DNA of 60,742 nt from a virus (taxonomy: Duplodnaviria > Caudoviricetes): the IMG/VR virus record IMGVR_UViG_3300047157_000094, positions 1 through 60,742 of that record; one strand, written 5' to 3'. This document shows positions 41,203 to 50,442 of the stretch, in pieces. Position 1 is the first letter of the stretch; every line of letters begins with the position of its first letter. Both the position numbers and the translations under genes were made by a program. The notes under the pieces are model-generated. The model searched no databases. It was not told the origin of the DNA and saw nothing but the letters and a program-made list of their open reading frames with translations.

Positions 41203-41727
41203 ATGGGAGTACCTAAAAGATTAACAGAAATGCAAAAAAGATTTGCTGAATATTTAATATTTGGTGGACCTGACGGACCTGTATCTAAATCTGAAGCAGC
41301 AGAGCTAGCAGGATACTCACCCAAACGATCACGTGTTGAAGGTAGTGAGCTTACTAATCCAAGACTATCACCACTGGTAGTACAATACATAGGTAAACTA
41401 CAGGACGAACGATTACAAAAACATGAAGTTAGTTATGCAAAACACATAGCTGAATTAGATAGAATTAAACAAGCGGCTTTGAAGAAAGGTAGTTTCTCGT
41501 CTGCTGTAAACGCTGAAGTAAGTAGAGGTAAAGCAGCAGGGCTATACATAGACCGCAAAATAATAAAAACTGGGAAATTAGAAGACATGTCAGAACAGGA
41601 ACTAGAAGCAAAAATGAAACAAATTTTAGACGACTACGCACCTCTTTTAAATGTGACACCTAATGAATCCGAGTTATCTTCTTCACACAAGAAGTTGGAA
41701 AAACCGATCTCTCCGAAAAATGAATAG
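41203..41727 (+). CDS. terS: Terminase small subunit
   Basis: LTEMQKRFAE...EAAELAGYS...GSELTNP HTH pattern; AVNAEVSRGKAAGLY. Confidence 0.8.
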   Translation: MGVPKRLTEMQKRFAEYLIFGGPDGPVSKSEAAELAGYSPKRSRVEGSELTNPRLSPLVVQYIGKLQDERLQKHEVSYAKHIAELDRIKQAALKKGSFSSAVNAEVSRGKAAGLYIDRKIIKTGKLEDMSEQELEAKMKQILDDYAPLLNVTPNESELSSSHKKLEKPISPKNE

Positions 41728-41977
41728 AGCCATCAGCTTCTACATCGTACCCAGCAAAGATTCTTACAGTCTCATCATCTTTACTAAATAACCAACCTTC
41801 ACTTACAGGTGTAGCTAGTTTCATATTTTTAAACTCAACCTCTGAACCCCAGCCGCCCTCAGTTATGATATCAATCCAATCGATCCGTACACGTTTATAC
41901 GGAAACACAACAGACTCTTTGACAGTCTTTGGTTTAGTGTAGCTGTTTATTCTTCTCGATTTTTTCTTGGATTTCAT
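41660..41977 (-). CDS. Hypothetical protein
   Basis: V.I.W.DI...GW...SEGWL...FP..CVKKI pattern; 105 aa. Confidence 0.6.
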   Translation of the reverse strand: MKSKKKSRRINSYTKPKTVKESVVFPYKRVRIDWIDIITEGGWGSEVEFKNMKLATPVSEGWLFSKDDETVRIFAGYDVEADGSIHFSERSVFPTSCVKKITRIH

Positions 41978-42258
41978 TTCTGTATATGTATCTAAAAAAA
42001 ATCAGTTTTACCAGATTTTTGTATCGCGCGCGCATAGGCAATCTGTAATATTTTGTAAGGTGACACTATTTTCTGTCACATGACACTTTTTAAAACCATA
42101 ATTTGGCAGACATTAGCTATATATACCAACACTTTTAATCAAAGTGACAGATTAGACACTTTTTCTAGAGTAGTTTTTATTTTTTTTTTTATTTTTTTTA
42201 CCATACATATACACTGGAGTTTTGGTGTGATATATTTACCACAATTGTGGCATAATTA

Positions 42259-42486
42259 TCACAATATATTTTTATCTGCCTCTTTTTTGCCATAATGCAG
42301 ACTCATTACTGCCAATTTGTCGTGAGCTTCTGCCATTTTCAGTAACAATTTGTCAACTTCGCCTGTAATATCTGGGTGTTCAGGTATGATTAACTCTTGA
42401 TCGCTATAGCATTTTATCTTGTATTTAGCGTCTTCTATGTCAGCTTCATATCTCTTCTTTAGAACGTTTCTAAGTTTGTCATTCAT
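42259..42486 (-). CDS. Hypothetical protein
   Basis: 75 aa; IPEHPDI. Confidence 0.6.
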   Translation of the reverse strand: MNDKLRNVLKKRYEADIEDAKYKIKCYSDQELIIPEHPDITGEVDKLLLKMAEAHDKLAVMSLHYGKKEADKNIL

Positions 42487-42582
42487 AATTTCTCCTTTTT
42501 CATTATAATTTTACCATCTCCATCAATGTACATAGTATACATTTGTTTACCATCAAAGTAATATCCATGCAATTCTAGTTTT

Positions 42583-43368
42583 TTACGCGCCATTAAAAAA
42601 ATCCTCCGGGTTTAGGTTAACTTTAGCTCTTTCTTTCTCATCATGTATTAATTCATTATACATGTTGATTCGTTTTAGTGCCTTGTGTTTCCAGGCTCGA
42701 AGGTCAGCGCCTTCTGTTTTGAATTCTTGATAATATAAGTCAGGCGTGCAGACCATGATAACTCCTTGCTCAATCTTGCTACCGTAGACGTAGTCGTGTG
42801 CCATGGCGTACATGGCAATCTGCAGATAATAATCTTCGATCCATTCTTCCCTCTTCGGACGATTACTTTGTTTGAAGTCAACAATAGTTTCTTTGCCATT
42901 ATGCATGCAAACCAAATCTGTTGAGCCCGCATATAAACCCGGGTAGTGTAACATAACTTCAGAGCCATAATACTCTTCCACTGGCGCAAGACCAATCTCA
43001 ATAATTTTGTCGGCCATGGGACGCGCCTCTTGTCCGATCTTTGTAAGATCAACACAGCCAGTGCCGAGAACATAGTGCTCGAGGAATTTGTGCATACAGG
43101 TACCCCGTGCACTAGATACATTCTTGATTCGCTCTGCTTCTTCTTCTCCAACTTTGGCCTTCCAGTCTTTTAGAAATTGTTTATTTTTGGTGGCTCCTAA
43201 TATCGTAGTCACAGACGGAAGTCTAGAATTATCTATGTCATAAACCCTGGTCCCTGTTCCGGGGTCCGTGAGCTGTTTTCCTCGTATATAGTTGTATTTA
43301 TTATTCTTTTTTATTCCAGATTTTTTACCAATATTATGGTATTCAGCGATATCTTCATCACTCATCAT
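42583..43368 (-). CDS. PD-(D/E)XK exonuclease (Cas4/RecB-like)
   Basis: LPSVTTIL, RGT.MH..LE, YAGSTDL, IVDFKQS, YYLQIAMYA. Confidence 0.85.
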   Translation of the reverse strand: MMSDEDIAEYHNIGKKSGIKKNNKYNYIRGKQLTDPGTGTRVYDIDNSRLPSVTTILGATKNKQFLKDWKAKVGEEEAERIKNVSSARGTCMHKFLEHYVLGTGCVDLTKIGQEARPMADKIIEIGLAPVEEYYGSEVMLHYPGLYAGSTDLVCMHNGKETIVDFKQSNRPKREEWIEDYYLQIAMYAMAHDYVYGSKIEQGVIMVCTPDLYYQEFKTEGADLRAWKHKALKRINMYNELIHDEKERAKVNLNPEDFFNGA

Positions 43369-43597
43369 GGGTACGTTCCAATCTATTACGAACAGACTGT
43401 TCGTAACTCTCTCTTAATTCGTCCTGTTCTTTTTTTCTATCGTATATTTTTTTACTATCTATTACTTTAGATTTAAACTTAGGAGTCCTAACCTCTTTCG
43501 CAACAGGATTAGTTTTAAATATTCTATCAAAGTTTTCTTTATATAAGTCAGTTGAGGGTCTAGATTTACCATCATATTTAAATTTTTTATTCTTCAT
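43358..43597 (-). CDS. Small basic hypothetical protein
   Basis: DGKSRPS...YKENFDRIF. Confidence 0.55.
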   Translation of the reverse strand: MKNKKFKYDGKSRPSTDLYKENFDRIFKTNPVAKEVRTPKFKSKVIDSKKIYDRKKEQDELRESYEQSVRNRLERTHDE

Positions 43598-43776
43598 AGT
43601 TTTCTTTTTAATTCCTCTAAATACTCACGGTTCTCTTGATCACGTAATATCTTTTCATGTTGTATGTTTTGTTTACGTTTTAATATTTTAACATGTTCTC
43701 TCCAGGCCCATGCATTAAGTTGACCTGCATACTTCATTATAAAATGTAATCCTTCGTATATAAATTTATCAAACAT
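43594..43776 (-). CDS. Hypothetical protein
   Basis: 60 aa coupled ORF. Confidence 0.5.
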   Translation of the reverse strand: MFDKFIYEGLHFIMKYAGQLNAWAWREHVKILKRKQNIQHEKILRDQENREYLEELKRKL

Positions 43777-44213
43777 TATTCTAAACTCATCGCTTGTTTA
43801 TATTCTTCTAACGAAACTACTTTACCATTCATCACATGTCCTGCGTAATGTTCCATGACTTGATTAATCTTTGGTAACTTTGTATGCGCCCAAGGCCAAA
43901 TCAAACAACAAACATAGTATGCATCTCTAAATGTAGCACGCCATCGGTATTGCATAAGATATTTAGTACCATCTACGCGTTTACCTTTTCTAGGTTTTTT
44001 ATTTAATGTACCAACACCTAAAACTTCATGGACCCACCTTAACACAGATTGATCTGTCATTGTAATTTCCATAGATAATCTTAAACTATTAGACCACCTA
44101 TACCCAGGTTTACCTCGATGTTTCTTTTTCTTTTCAGGTGCTCGTTTAAAATGAATACTACCTTCACCATCAAACAATCCTGCAATGTATGCTTTGTCTG
44201 TATCAGGAATCAT
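43776..44213 (-). CDS. Single-motif LAGLIDADG endonuclease-like protein
   Basis: AYIAGLFDGEGSI near the N-terminus; later Q.RW. Confidence 0.8.
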   Translation of the reverse strand: MIPDTDKAYIAGLFDGEGSIHFKRAPEKKKKHRGKPGYRWSNSLRLSMEITMTDQSVLRWVHEVLGVGTLNKKPRKGKRVDGTKYLMQYRWRATFRDAYYVCCLIWPWAHTKLPKINQVMEHYAGHVMNGKVVSLEEYKQAMSLE

Positions 44214-44355
44214 ATTTCCTCACATGTATTAAGATAGCCATTACAATAACTGAAACTACAATACCTATAAAAAACAAACCTATCATTCTTTATCTCCTGT
44301 AAATACCCACTTCACTACTGATGTTGTTGGGTCAAACCCATCAAACTTTAGGTCT

Positions 44356-44574
44356 CTAGTGCAGCTTGTGAGCATCACCTGTAACAGGATCAGCATCGAT
44401 ATAAGACTCAATAACTTGGGACTCATCCACATATATTTCTCCTTCCGAGTCACACTCAGGGCATTGTGCCACAACGTGTTCTCTACCTTCTTCTAATACT
44501 AATTTAATATATCCATTACCTTTACAGTTAGGACATATCATTGCATGTTCGTTATACTTTTTTAATTTTTCCAT
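44356..44574 (-). CDS. DnaJ-type zinc-finger small protein
   Basis: CPNCKGNG...CPECDSEG. Confidence 0.6.
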   Translation of the reverse strand: MEKLKKYNEHAMICPNCKGNGYIKLVLEEGREHVVAQCPECDSEGEIYVDESQVIESYIDADPVTGDAHKLH

Positions 44575-44740
44575 TTAATTTCTTCGCTTTCTCATTTGCA
44601 ATTGATTCAATGGTTTTACTGATTGATAAAGTTGCATCGGGCAATAATACCTTCGACAAACTTATCAATGTCTTGTATGTTTCATGTGTTAATGAAACAT
44701 TTCTATATTTAGTTATATCGGTCATAGACCTTCCTTTCAT
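44552..44740 (-). CDS. Putative ribbon-helix-helix DNA-binding protein
   Basis: RNVSLTHETYKTL...LSISKTIE strand-helix-helix pattern; first gene after a promoter. Confidence 0.55.
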   Translation of the reverse strand: MKGRSMTDITKYRNVSLTHETYKTLISLSKVLLPDATLSISKTIESIANEKAKKLNGKIKKV

Positions 44741-44754
44741 TTATTTATGAGCAA

Positions 44755-44782
44755 TATATAGGATATAGAGGAGATTTGTCAA
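44755..44782 (-). promoter_or_regulatory. sigma70-like promoter
   Basis: TTGACA-16-TATATA, with ATCC immediately before the -10. Confidence 0.55.
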
Positions 44783-44997
44783 GTATGAAAATATTATTAA
44801 TTTTAGTTATTTGTTCACAAGTAGCAGGTACTTGTTTAGAACCCTATGAATGGCCACAAAGATTCGATAATCAGTATGATTGTTTAATGTTTGGCTATGA
44901 ACAATCTACTATAAAAATGAAACAATTAGGTCCTGAAGAAGTAAACAAATATAATATGTTTATTAAGTTTTATTGTACTCCAGACAAAACTATTTGA
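44776..44997 (+). CDS. Small exported Cys-containing protein
   Basis: MKILLILVICS hydrophobic start, four Cys, GAGGAG RBS. Confidence 0.6.
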   Translation: MSSMKILLILVICSQVAGTCLEPYEWPQRFDNQYDCLMFGYEQSTIKMKQLGPEEVNKYNMFIKFYCTPDKTI

Positions 44998-45282
44998 AAT
45001 TAAGGCAAGAATGTGGTAATGCAAGTTATCTCACCACAATAACCTATCCTTATTTTTTCCCTCTTTAGGATAGGTTTATCTACAAATACAACCAACTAAA
45101 GATCCACTACCATCATTCATGATGTGTAGGTTTAGTGTGTCTACGTATCCTGTTAGTTTTAGTCTTAGTATCTCGCACAGGTCCATGCAGTTTACTGGTT
45201 CCAATAAAGACACATGTTCCATCATCTGCTTTGACAACGGAATTAATTGATACAGTCCGTCGTTTAAAATTATTAAACTCCA

Positions 45283-45480
45283 TTAATCTTCGTCTGGCAA
45301 AACTTTTGAGTCAAAGTTTTTTGTTCCATGTGCTATGATTTTTTTTACACCAGAACCATTCAAATCTATTTTTGCATATCTTTCCCATGCTTTTTTAATT
45401 AGATTTAATTCTAGTATTAAATTAGACCATTGTTTTTGAGTTATGTCTTTGCCAATTATTGTTAGTTTTTTTTCTTTCAT
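45283..45480 (-). CDS. Hypothetical protein
   Basis: 65 aa; QWSNLILELNL. Confidence 0.55.
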   Translation of the reverse strand: MKEKKLTIIGKDITQKQWSNLILELNLIKKAWERYAKIDLNGSGVKKIIAHGTKNFDSKVLPDED

Positions 45481-45485
45481 ACCTA

Positions 45486-45514
45486 GATATAGGATAATTT
45501 AGGATGTTTGTCAA
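45486..45514 (-). promoter_or_regulatory. sigma70-like promoter (probably leaderless)
   Basis: TTGACA-17-TATATC, ATG 5 nt downstream; ATCCTA occurs twice. Confidence 0.55.
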
Positions 45515-45649
45515 CCCTGGCCACTTGATATTTTTTATACGAACGTCGCTTACTTTTGTTCATTTTGCATTTACTAGGATTTCTACCTATACTTGTTTTG
45601 TGAAATATAGGTTCGTGTGCTACTTTTGCGTAAAGACCTTTAGCTTTTT

Positions 45650-45859
45650 TCATTCAAGCCAGTCCTTAACAAATGGCACACCACCATCAGGACGTGCAGT
45701 CATGACAGGTAGATAAGTTATTTTACCATTAACATGTTGCTCTAAATCTGCGCCACAAGTCATACATCTATAAAAAGCTTTATCAAGACCTACTAAAGTT
45801 GTAAATTCATCACAAGTTGGACATCTGCCATTAACTATTTCTGCCTGTATTTTTACCAT
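45650..45859 (-). CDS. Zinc-ribbon protein
   Basis: CPTC...CMTC. Confidence 0.6.
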   Translation of the reverse strand: MVKIQAEIVNGRCPTCDEFTTLVGLDKAFYRCMTCGADLEQHVNGKITYLPVMTARPDGGVPFVKDWLE

Positions 45860-46086
45860 TACTTTATTATTAACTTTTTTATTGAATAAGATCCATCAAT
45901 ATTTTCCTCTAATTCTGCCTCACATTTTATACAAGAATATTTAATATTACTATTAATTTTTAAACCACGTTTAGCTACACGTGCGCCTTTTATACATTCC
46001 GCATATCCAGTCTGTATACGTGCTTCTTTCATCTCTCCGTTGACCAGCATAAGTAAAGCTATTACAACTTCTGTTACTTCATTCAT
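45859..46086 (-). CDS. Hypothetical protein
   Basis: 75 aa; hydrophobic N-terminus and Cys residues. Confidence 0.55.
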   Translation of the reverse strand: MNEVTEVVIALLMLVNGEMKEARIQTGYAECIKGARVAKRGLKINSNIKYSCIKCEAELEENIDGSYSIKKLIIK

Positions 46087-46460
46087 TAATAGCTCCCGTT
46101 TTGTCTAACTTTATCTTTTAATTTTTCTACATCAGTTAATAATTTTTCTAATTGTTTTTGAGTAAATTCTATGTTGACTTTGTTTGTCATGTTTTGCTCT
46201 TGATTTTTTTGTAGCTTCTCTACGTCAGAAAAAACTGCCTCCAGGAGCATGTACTGTTCCTGGTCCGTGGGCAATTGTTCACTCTTCTTGAGCAGGTCAG
46301 CCTCAAACAGCTCACGTGATGTCTCTAACGATACTAACCTGGCAGTCAACTCGGTGTATGCGAACACGCCGGCTGCGACGAGCAGAATTAAGCGAGCTAC
46401 CGTCTTCATCGGCATCTGTACAGCTGCTTCTTCAGATATATTTAATGGTTTTTTATTCAT
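46086..46460 (-). CDS. Membrane-anchored coiled-coil protein
   Basis: One TM segment followed by a coiled coil. Confidence 0.6.
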   Translation of the reverse strand: MNKKPLNISEEAAVQMPMKTVARLILLVAAGVFAYTELTARLVSLETSRELFEADLLKKSEQLPTDQEQYMLLEAVFSDVEKLQKNQEQNMTNKVNIEFTQKQLEKLLTDVEKLKDKVRQNGSY

Positions 46461-47019
46461 CTACTTTTGGTTTTGGTAATGGCAGTATATAATCTTTTGG
46501 TGGCATTTTCAATTTGCTTTTCTTAGGTCCTATAAGCTTATCATTCATTAATTTAACATCAGGGTTCTCTTTTTTGTAGTCATCTTTCATATCGTCCCAC
46601 AAACTTTGAGAATCAGATGGTCTAGTGTTATCTCTTGCAGGAGTCACACCTCTACATTTCATAACTAACAGTCTAAAGTTTTCATTCTGTGCAAGACTAG
46701 GATTACTATTTACCCTACCACACATCTTCATCAATTCTAATTGTTGTTTTAGTTGTACGTTTTCTTTTGCTGTTTTACAGTCTGTGCCTAAATATTTTCT
46801 GTAGGTAAATCTTAAATACTGTTGTTCATTAGTGCTGCTGTCAGAATAATTATAATCAGTATCACGTCTTTCTGTGCTTACTTCCATTTCACCACATCTT
46901 ACACCATAGTCGTTAAGGTATTCGTTTCTAGGATACGCAGGTTCTACAAACAATGCTAAGATTGTCATCGCCAAGATTAGTAGTCCTGTAAAATAATAAT
47001 TCATCCTGAGAACCTCCAT
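46453..47019 (-). CDS. Exported/membrane-anchored protein
   Basis: N-terminal hydrophobic segment; 188 aa. Confidence 0.6.
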   Translation of the reverse strand: MEVLRMNYYFTGLLILAMTILALFVEPAYPRNEYLNDYGVRCGEMEVSTERRDTDYNYSDSSTNEQQYLRFTYRKYLGTDCKTAKENVQLKQQLELMKMCGRVNSNPSLAQNENFRLLVMKCRGVTPARDNTRPSDSQSLWDDMKDDYKKENPDVKLMNDKLIGPKKSKLKMPPKDYILPLPKPKVDE

Positions 47020-47022
47020 GCA

Positions 47023-47322
47023 TTACCTGTTTAAATCCTTAATATCATAGTCGTGTTCTCTAACTTGATCGGCCAGTTGTCTATATAAATTTTCTGCCAT
47101 CTGCCAAGTAGATTCTGCAGAAGTTAGTCTTGTGTTTTGATCTACAATTTTATCTTCAGCAACTTTTAAATCTCTTTTAAGATCTACGATTTCTTGCTGA
47201 TTAGTGTTGATGGTATCTGTAAGATTAACAATATAACGAACGCCAGTAAATGTACCGACTAGCACTGAAGCTACTACAGGTACTAATACAAAATTCTTTT
47301 TTAATAAATCTGCTAAATTCAT
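47023..47322 (-). CDS. Membrane-anchored coiled-coil protein
   Basis: One TM segment followed by a coiled coil; 99 aa. Confidence 0.6.
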   Translation of the reverse strand: MNLADLLKKNFVLVPVVASVLVGTFTGVRYIVNLTDTINTNQQEIVDLKRDLKVAEDKIVDQNTRLTSAESTWQMAENLYRQLADQVREHDYDIKDLNR

Positions 47323-47966
47323 TTTTTCTTTTCCTCAATTTCATAGAAGAACTTATCAGTATCTTCTGTTTGCCATTGGCCCGTATCTTCTACGTTCCAT
47401 TCGTTAGTTTGTACCTTCCAGTCAGGAATATTATCCTTAACAGTAAATGAAGGTAGATCCCATATACATCTGTTGTTGGGTTGTGCTGCATAGTTGCCGT
47501 CGTTCAACGCAATTATGTGAGCGCACTTATGCTCGTGCGGAATCTCTGAATGATCAGAATTTAATATATTAGCATCTGGGTGTCCCCAGTCAACGGTAAA
47601 TAAATACTTACCATGATGCCACTTCTTATCTTTACCAATGTATTTGCCGGATGCGGCTGTTAAAACATCCCAAGTAGTAACAGCAGGATAATAACTAAAA
47701 GAATTCCATAACTCCAATTCATCAAGTCTACGTTCAGGAACTTTTTCTCTGTTAAAACCTCTTTGTATGAAGGCGCTAATCGGGAGACGATAAAATACAG
47801 CGCCGTTTTCCATAAGTGCATGCCATAAGATAGCACGACCTGTAAGGCTGCTAATACCGAAGATAATACAGTCTTCAACTTCGCCATGATGTTTTCTAAG
47901 GTCATATAAATACTCCTTTTTTATTTGCGCGTATTGTATAGGAATATTTGCATTTAAGTAAGCCAT
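47319..47966 (-). CDS. Hypothetical phage protein
   Basis: MAYLNANIP...EHKCAH...GNYAAQPNNR; 215 aa intact ORF. Confidence 0.7.
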   Translation of the reverse strand: MAYLNANIPIQYAQIKKEYLYDLRKHHGEVEDCIIFGISSLTGRAILWHALMENGAVFYRLPISAFIQRGFNREKVPERRLDELELWNSFSYYPAVTTWDVLTAASGKYIGKDKKWHHGKYLFTVDWGHPDANILNSDHSEIPHEHKCAHIIALNDGNYAAQPNNRCIWDLPSFTVKDNIPDWKVQTNEWNVEDTGQWQTEDTDKFFYEIEEKKK

Positions 47967-47986
47967 ATTTTCATTATTTTTTCTTT

Positions 47987-48607
47987 TTATTCTAAGTTAT
48001 TTCCAAATAACAATGTATAACTTATTCTTCTGTTTTCAAAACCTTTTTTCATAGAAACTTCATTTGTTTTATGAAAATAAGCACCATTAAAAAAAATTGC
48101 TCTATTACTTTTATAATTAATTTTAACAGGCTCTACATTTTTTGATCTGACATATTCTAAACTTTTTTCTGAGTTGTTATTCCAATCCTCTCTTGTCCAT
48201 TTTTTTGGAGGTATAACTTTGTAAATATGTAGACCATTTTTTTCTGGATTTAATACACTTTCATTTGATGAAACCCAAATATTTAAATTTATTACAGATG
48301 GATCACAGTGCAGACCTACACCAGATTTATTTTTTGTGTAAAGAAAACTCCAGGCTCTTTGAAACTCTGGAACATCAAATTTATTATTTATTTCACTAGC
48401 AATTAAATCTGTTAAATAATCTTGAGTTGGAAAATAATCAATTGCAAGATAAGATGAATATTTTTGATCAAAATATTTACTGTATAAAACTCTAATTTTT
48501 AATATCTCTAAACATTCTTTAGTAAAAAAATTATCTACAACTTTAATATCTTCATGGTTTGTAATAACACAATCATCATTTAAAATTTTCATTTTATTTG
48601 GCCCCAA
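47987..48607 (-). CDS. 2OG-Fe(II) oxygenase (stand-alone)
   Basis: HCD..VINLNIW...NRAIFFNGAYFHKT...RRISYTLLF. Confidence 0.75.
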   Translation of the reverse strand: MGPNKMKILNDDCVITNHEDIKVVDNFFTKECLEILKIRVLYSKYFDQKYSSYLAIDYFPTQDYLTDLIASEINNKFDVPEFQRAWSFLYTKNKSGVGLHCDPSVINLNIWVSSNESVLNPEKNGLHIYKVIPPKKWTREDWNNNSEKSLEYVRSKNVEPVKINYKSNRAIFFNGAYFHKTNEVSMKKGFENRRISYTLLFGNNLE

Positions 48608-50442
48608 TTAGGGCCTGATTCGTAATCTACTTTGTTAGGTACCTCTAAATCAACAGCAGATTCCATAATGTCTTTTATTTTTTCTGCATGTTCAGGGCTC
48701 TCAACAGATATATCAAGTTCATCATGCACTTGTATATGCGGTATGATACCTTCTTTGTGTAATTCTATCATAGCTTTTTTTGTCATGTCAGCTGCTGATC
48801 CTTGTATTAATTTGTTTAATGCTTTGTAAGTGTAAGCACGTTTAATCCCTGGTCCGTGTTCCAAGAGCGCTGCATCGTGTGGCAATGCTTTATGAATACC
48901 AAATTGATTAGGCTCCCACAAATGAAACCTGCATAGTCTTCCGAGTAATGTACGTATTCGACCTGAGTCTTGCGCACGACTCATTACATTATCCATCAAC
49001 TGTTTAACAAATGGTACTCGGTTGTGGTACTGTCTAAACAAAGCATCAGATTTATCTTTAGATATACCTAGCTCTGCTTGTAATTTATTTTTACCCATAC
49101 CATAGAACAGACCAAGATTTATTGTCTTGGCCTGCGATCTAGGTATCTCTGCCATATCAGCAACGATCGTGTGAAAGTCAGCATCGCCATCGCGATACGC
49201 ATCCAATACATCGCCCACTCCATAGAGATTCTGTAAAGCTGCATAATGCACCACCAGCCTAGGCTCTTGTTGAGAATAGTCAAAACAACCCCATGTATGG
49301 CCCTCCTCGGGCACAAATAAGGCCCTAATCCGTGGTCCAAGGTCTTTGTTTCTAGCTGGTATTTGCTGTAAATTTGGATTTGAGTATGAGAATCTACCAG
49401 TCACAGTTCCGCCATTATCGGATCTAAGCTGATTGATCTCTGCATGTATTCTATCTTTATGTGAATACTTAATTATGGTATCAATAAACGTGGTATGGGC
49501 CTTGTTTATTTCACGAGCCTGGGCAATTAGTTTCACAGTTGGGTGGGGGTGATTCTGTAAAAAGTTTTTAGTAAAGGAAGGTGCAGATGTTTTCTCAGTT
49601 CTATCGTAGTCTAGTTTTAGTTTATCAAAAACTTGTGCAATACTTCTTGCTGCCCATATTTGAGTATCTATGCCTGTTGCTTTTTTTACTTGTTGGATTA
49701 ACTTATCTTCTTGTGATGCTAATTCTTGCTTCATTGTATGAGCTTTTTGAACGTCCACTCGAACCCCACGAAATCGCATGGCCACCAGACAAGGAAAAAG
49801 TTCCGTTTCGAGATCAAAAATAGATTGTATGTCTTGGTGAAGTATTTCTTTTTTAAGTTCTTGCCATAACTCTAAAGTTATCTCTGCATCTTTTTCTGCG
49901 TACGCACCTACATAAATGGCAGGTAGTTTATACATTTCTGCTTTGGCGTCAACACCCCAATCTTTTGCTGCTTGATATAAATCTGTTTCATTTTTACCTT
50001 TACCAGTGTATCGTTTAGCACAGTTGTTTAAGTCATAGCGCATTTGATTTTCATCAACAAGGGCCGATGCAATCATCGTGTCCACAATTTTACCGCTGAC
50101 ACTTAAACCGAGCGCTTGTATCCAACACACGTCATACATGGCGTTGTGAAATATTTTTATAGCGGGTGTATTTAATACACCTTGAAACCATTTTAAAACT
50201 TTTTTACGATCCATGTTACCACCACCCTCGTGAGCAATTGGATAGTAACCTGACCAACCTGGCACGGCTACAGCTATACCCGTTACATCACCTTTACCAA
50301 CTACAGAACCTGACCCCATTTTCATTAGGTCTGGATCTTTAGTTTCTAAGTCAATTGCAATTTCATCATACTTAGATAAGTCTGGAAAATTTTCTGGTGG
50401 TAGCCACTCTGTCTGTGGTTTAAATAGAGGTGTCTGCATCAT
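48589..50442 (-). CDS. polA: DNA polymerase, family A, with 3'-5' exonuclease
   Basis: DLET and HNAMYD exonuclease motifs; TGRFS..NPNLQQIP, DYSQQE, AKTINLGLFYG, IQGSAAD, QVHDEL. Confidence 0.95.
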   Translation of the reverse strand: MMQTPLFKPQTEWLPPENFPDLSKYDEIAIDLETKDPDLMKMGSGSVVGKGDVTGIAVAVPGWSGYYPIAHEGGGNMDRKKVLKWFQGVLNTPAIKIFHNAMYDVCWIQALGLSVSGKIVDTMIASALVDENQMRYDLNNCAKRYTGKGKNETDLYQAAKDWGVDAKAEMYKLPAIYVGAYAEKDAEITLELWQELKKEILHQDIQSIFDLETELFPCLVAMRFRGVRVDVQKAHTMKQELASQEDKLIQQVKKATGIDTQIWAARSIAQVFDKLKLDYDRTEKTSAPSFTKNFLQNHPHPTVKLIAQAREINKAHTTFIDTIIKYSHKDRIHAEINQLRSDNGGTVTGRFSYSNPNLQQIPARNKDLGPRIRALFVPEEGHTWGCFDYSQQEPRLVVHYAALQNLYGVGDVLDAYRDGDADFHTIVADMAEIPRSQAKTINLGLFYGMGKNKLQAELGISKDKSDALFRQYHNRVPFVKQLMDNVMSRAQDSGRIRTLLGRLCRFHLWEPNQFGIHKALPHDAALLEHGPGIKRAYTYKALNKLIQGSAADMTKKAMIELHKEGIIPHIQVHDELDISVESPEHAEKIKDIMESAVDLEVPNKVDYESGPNWGQIK

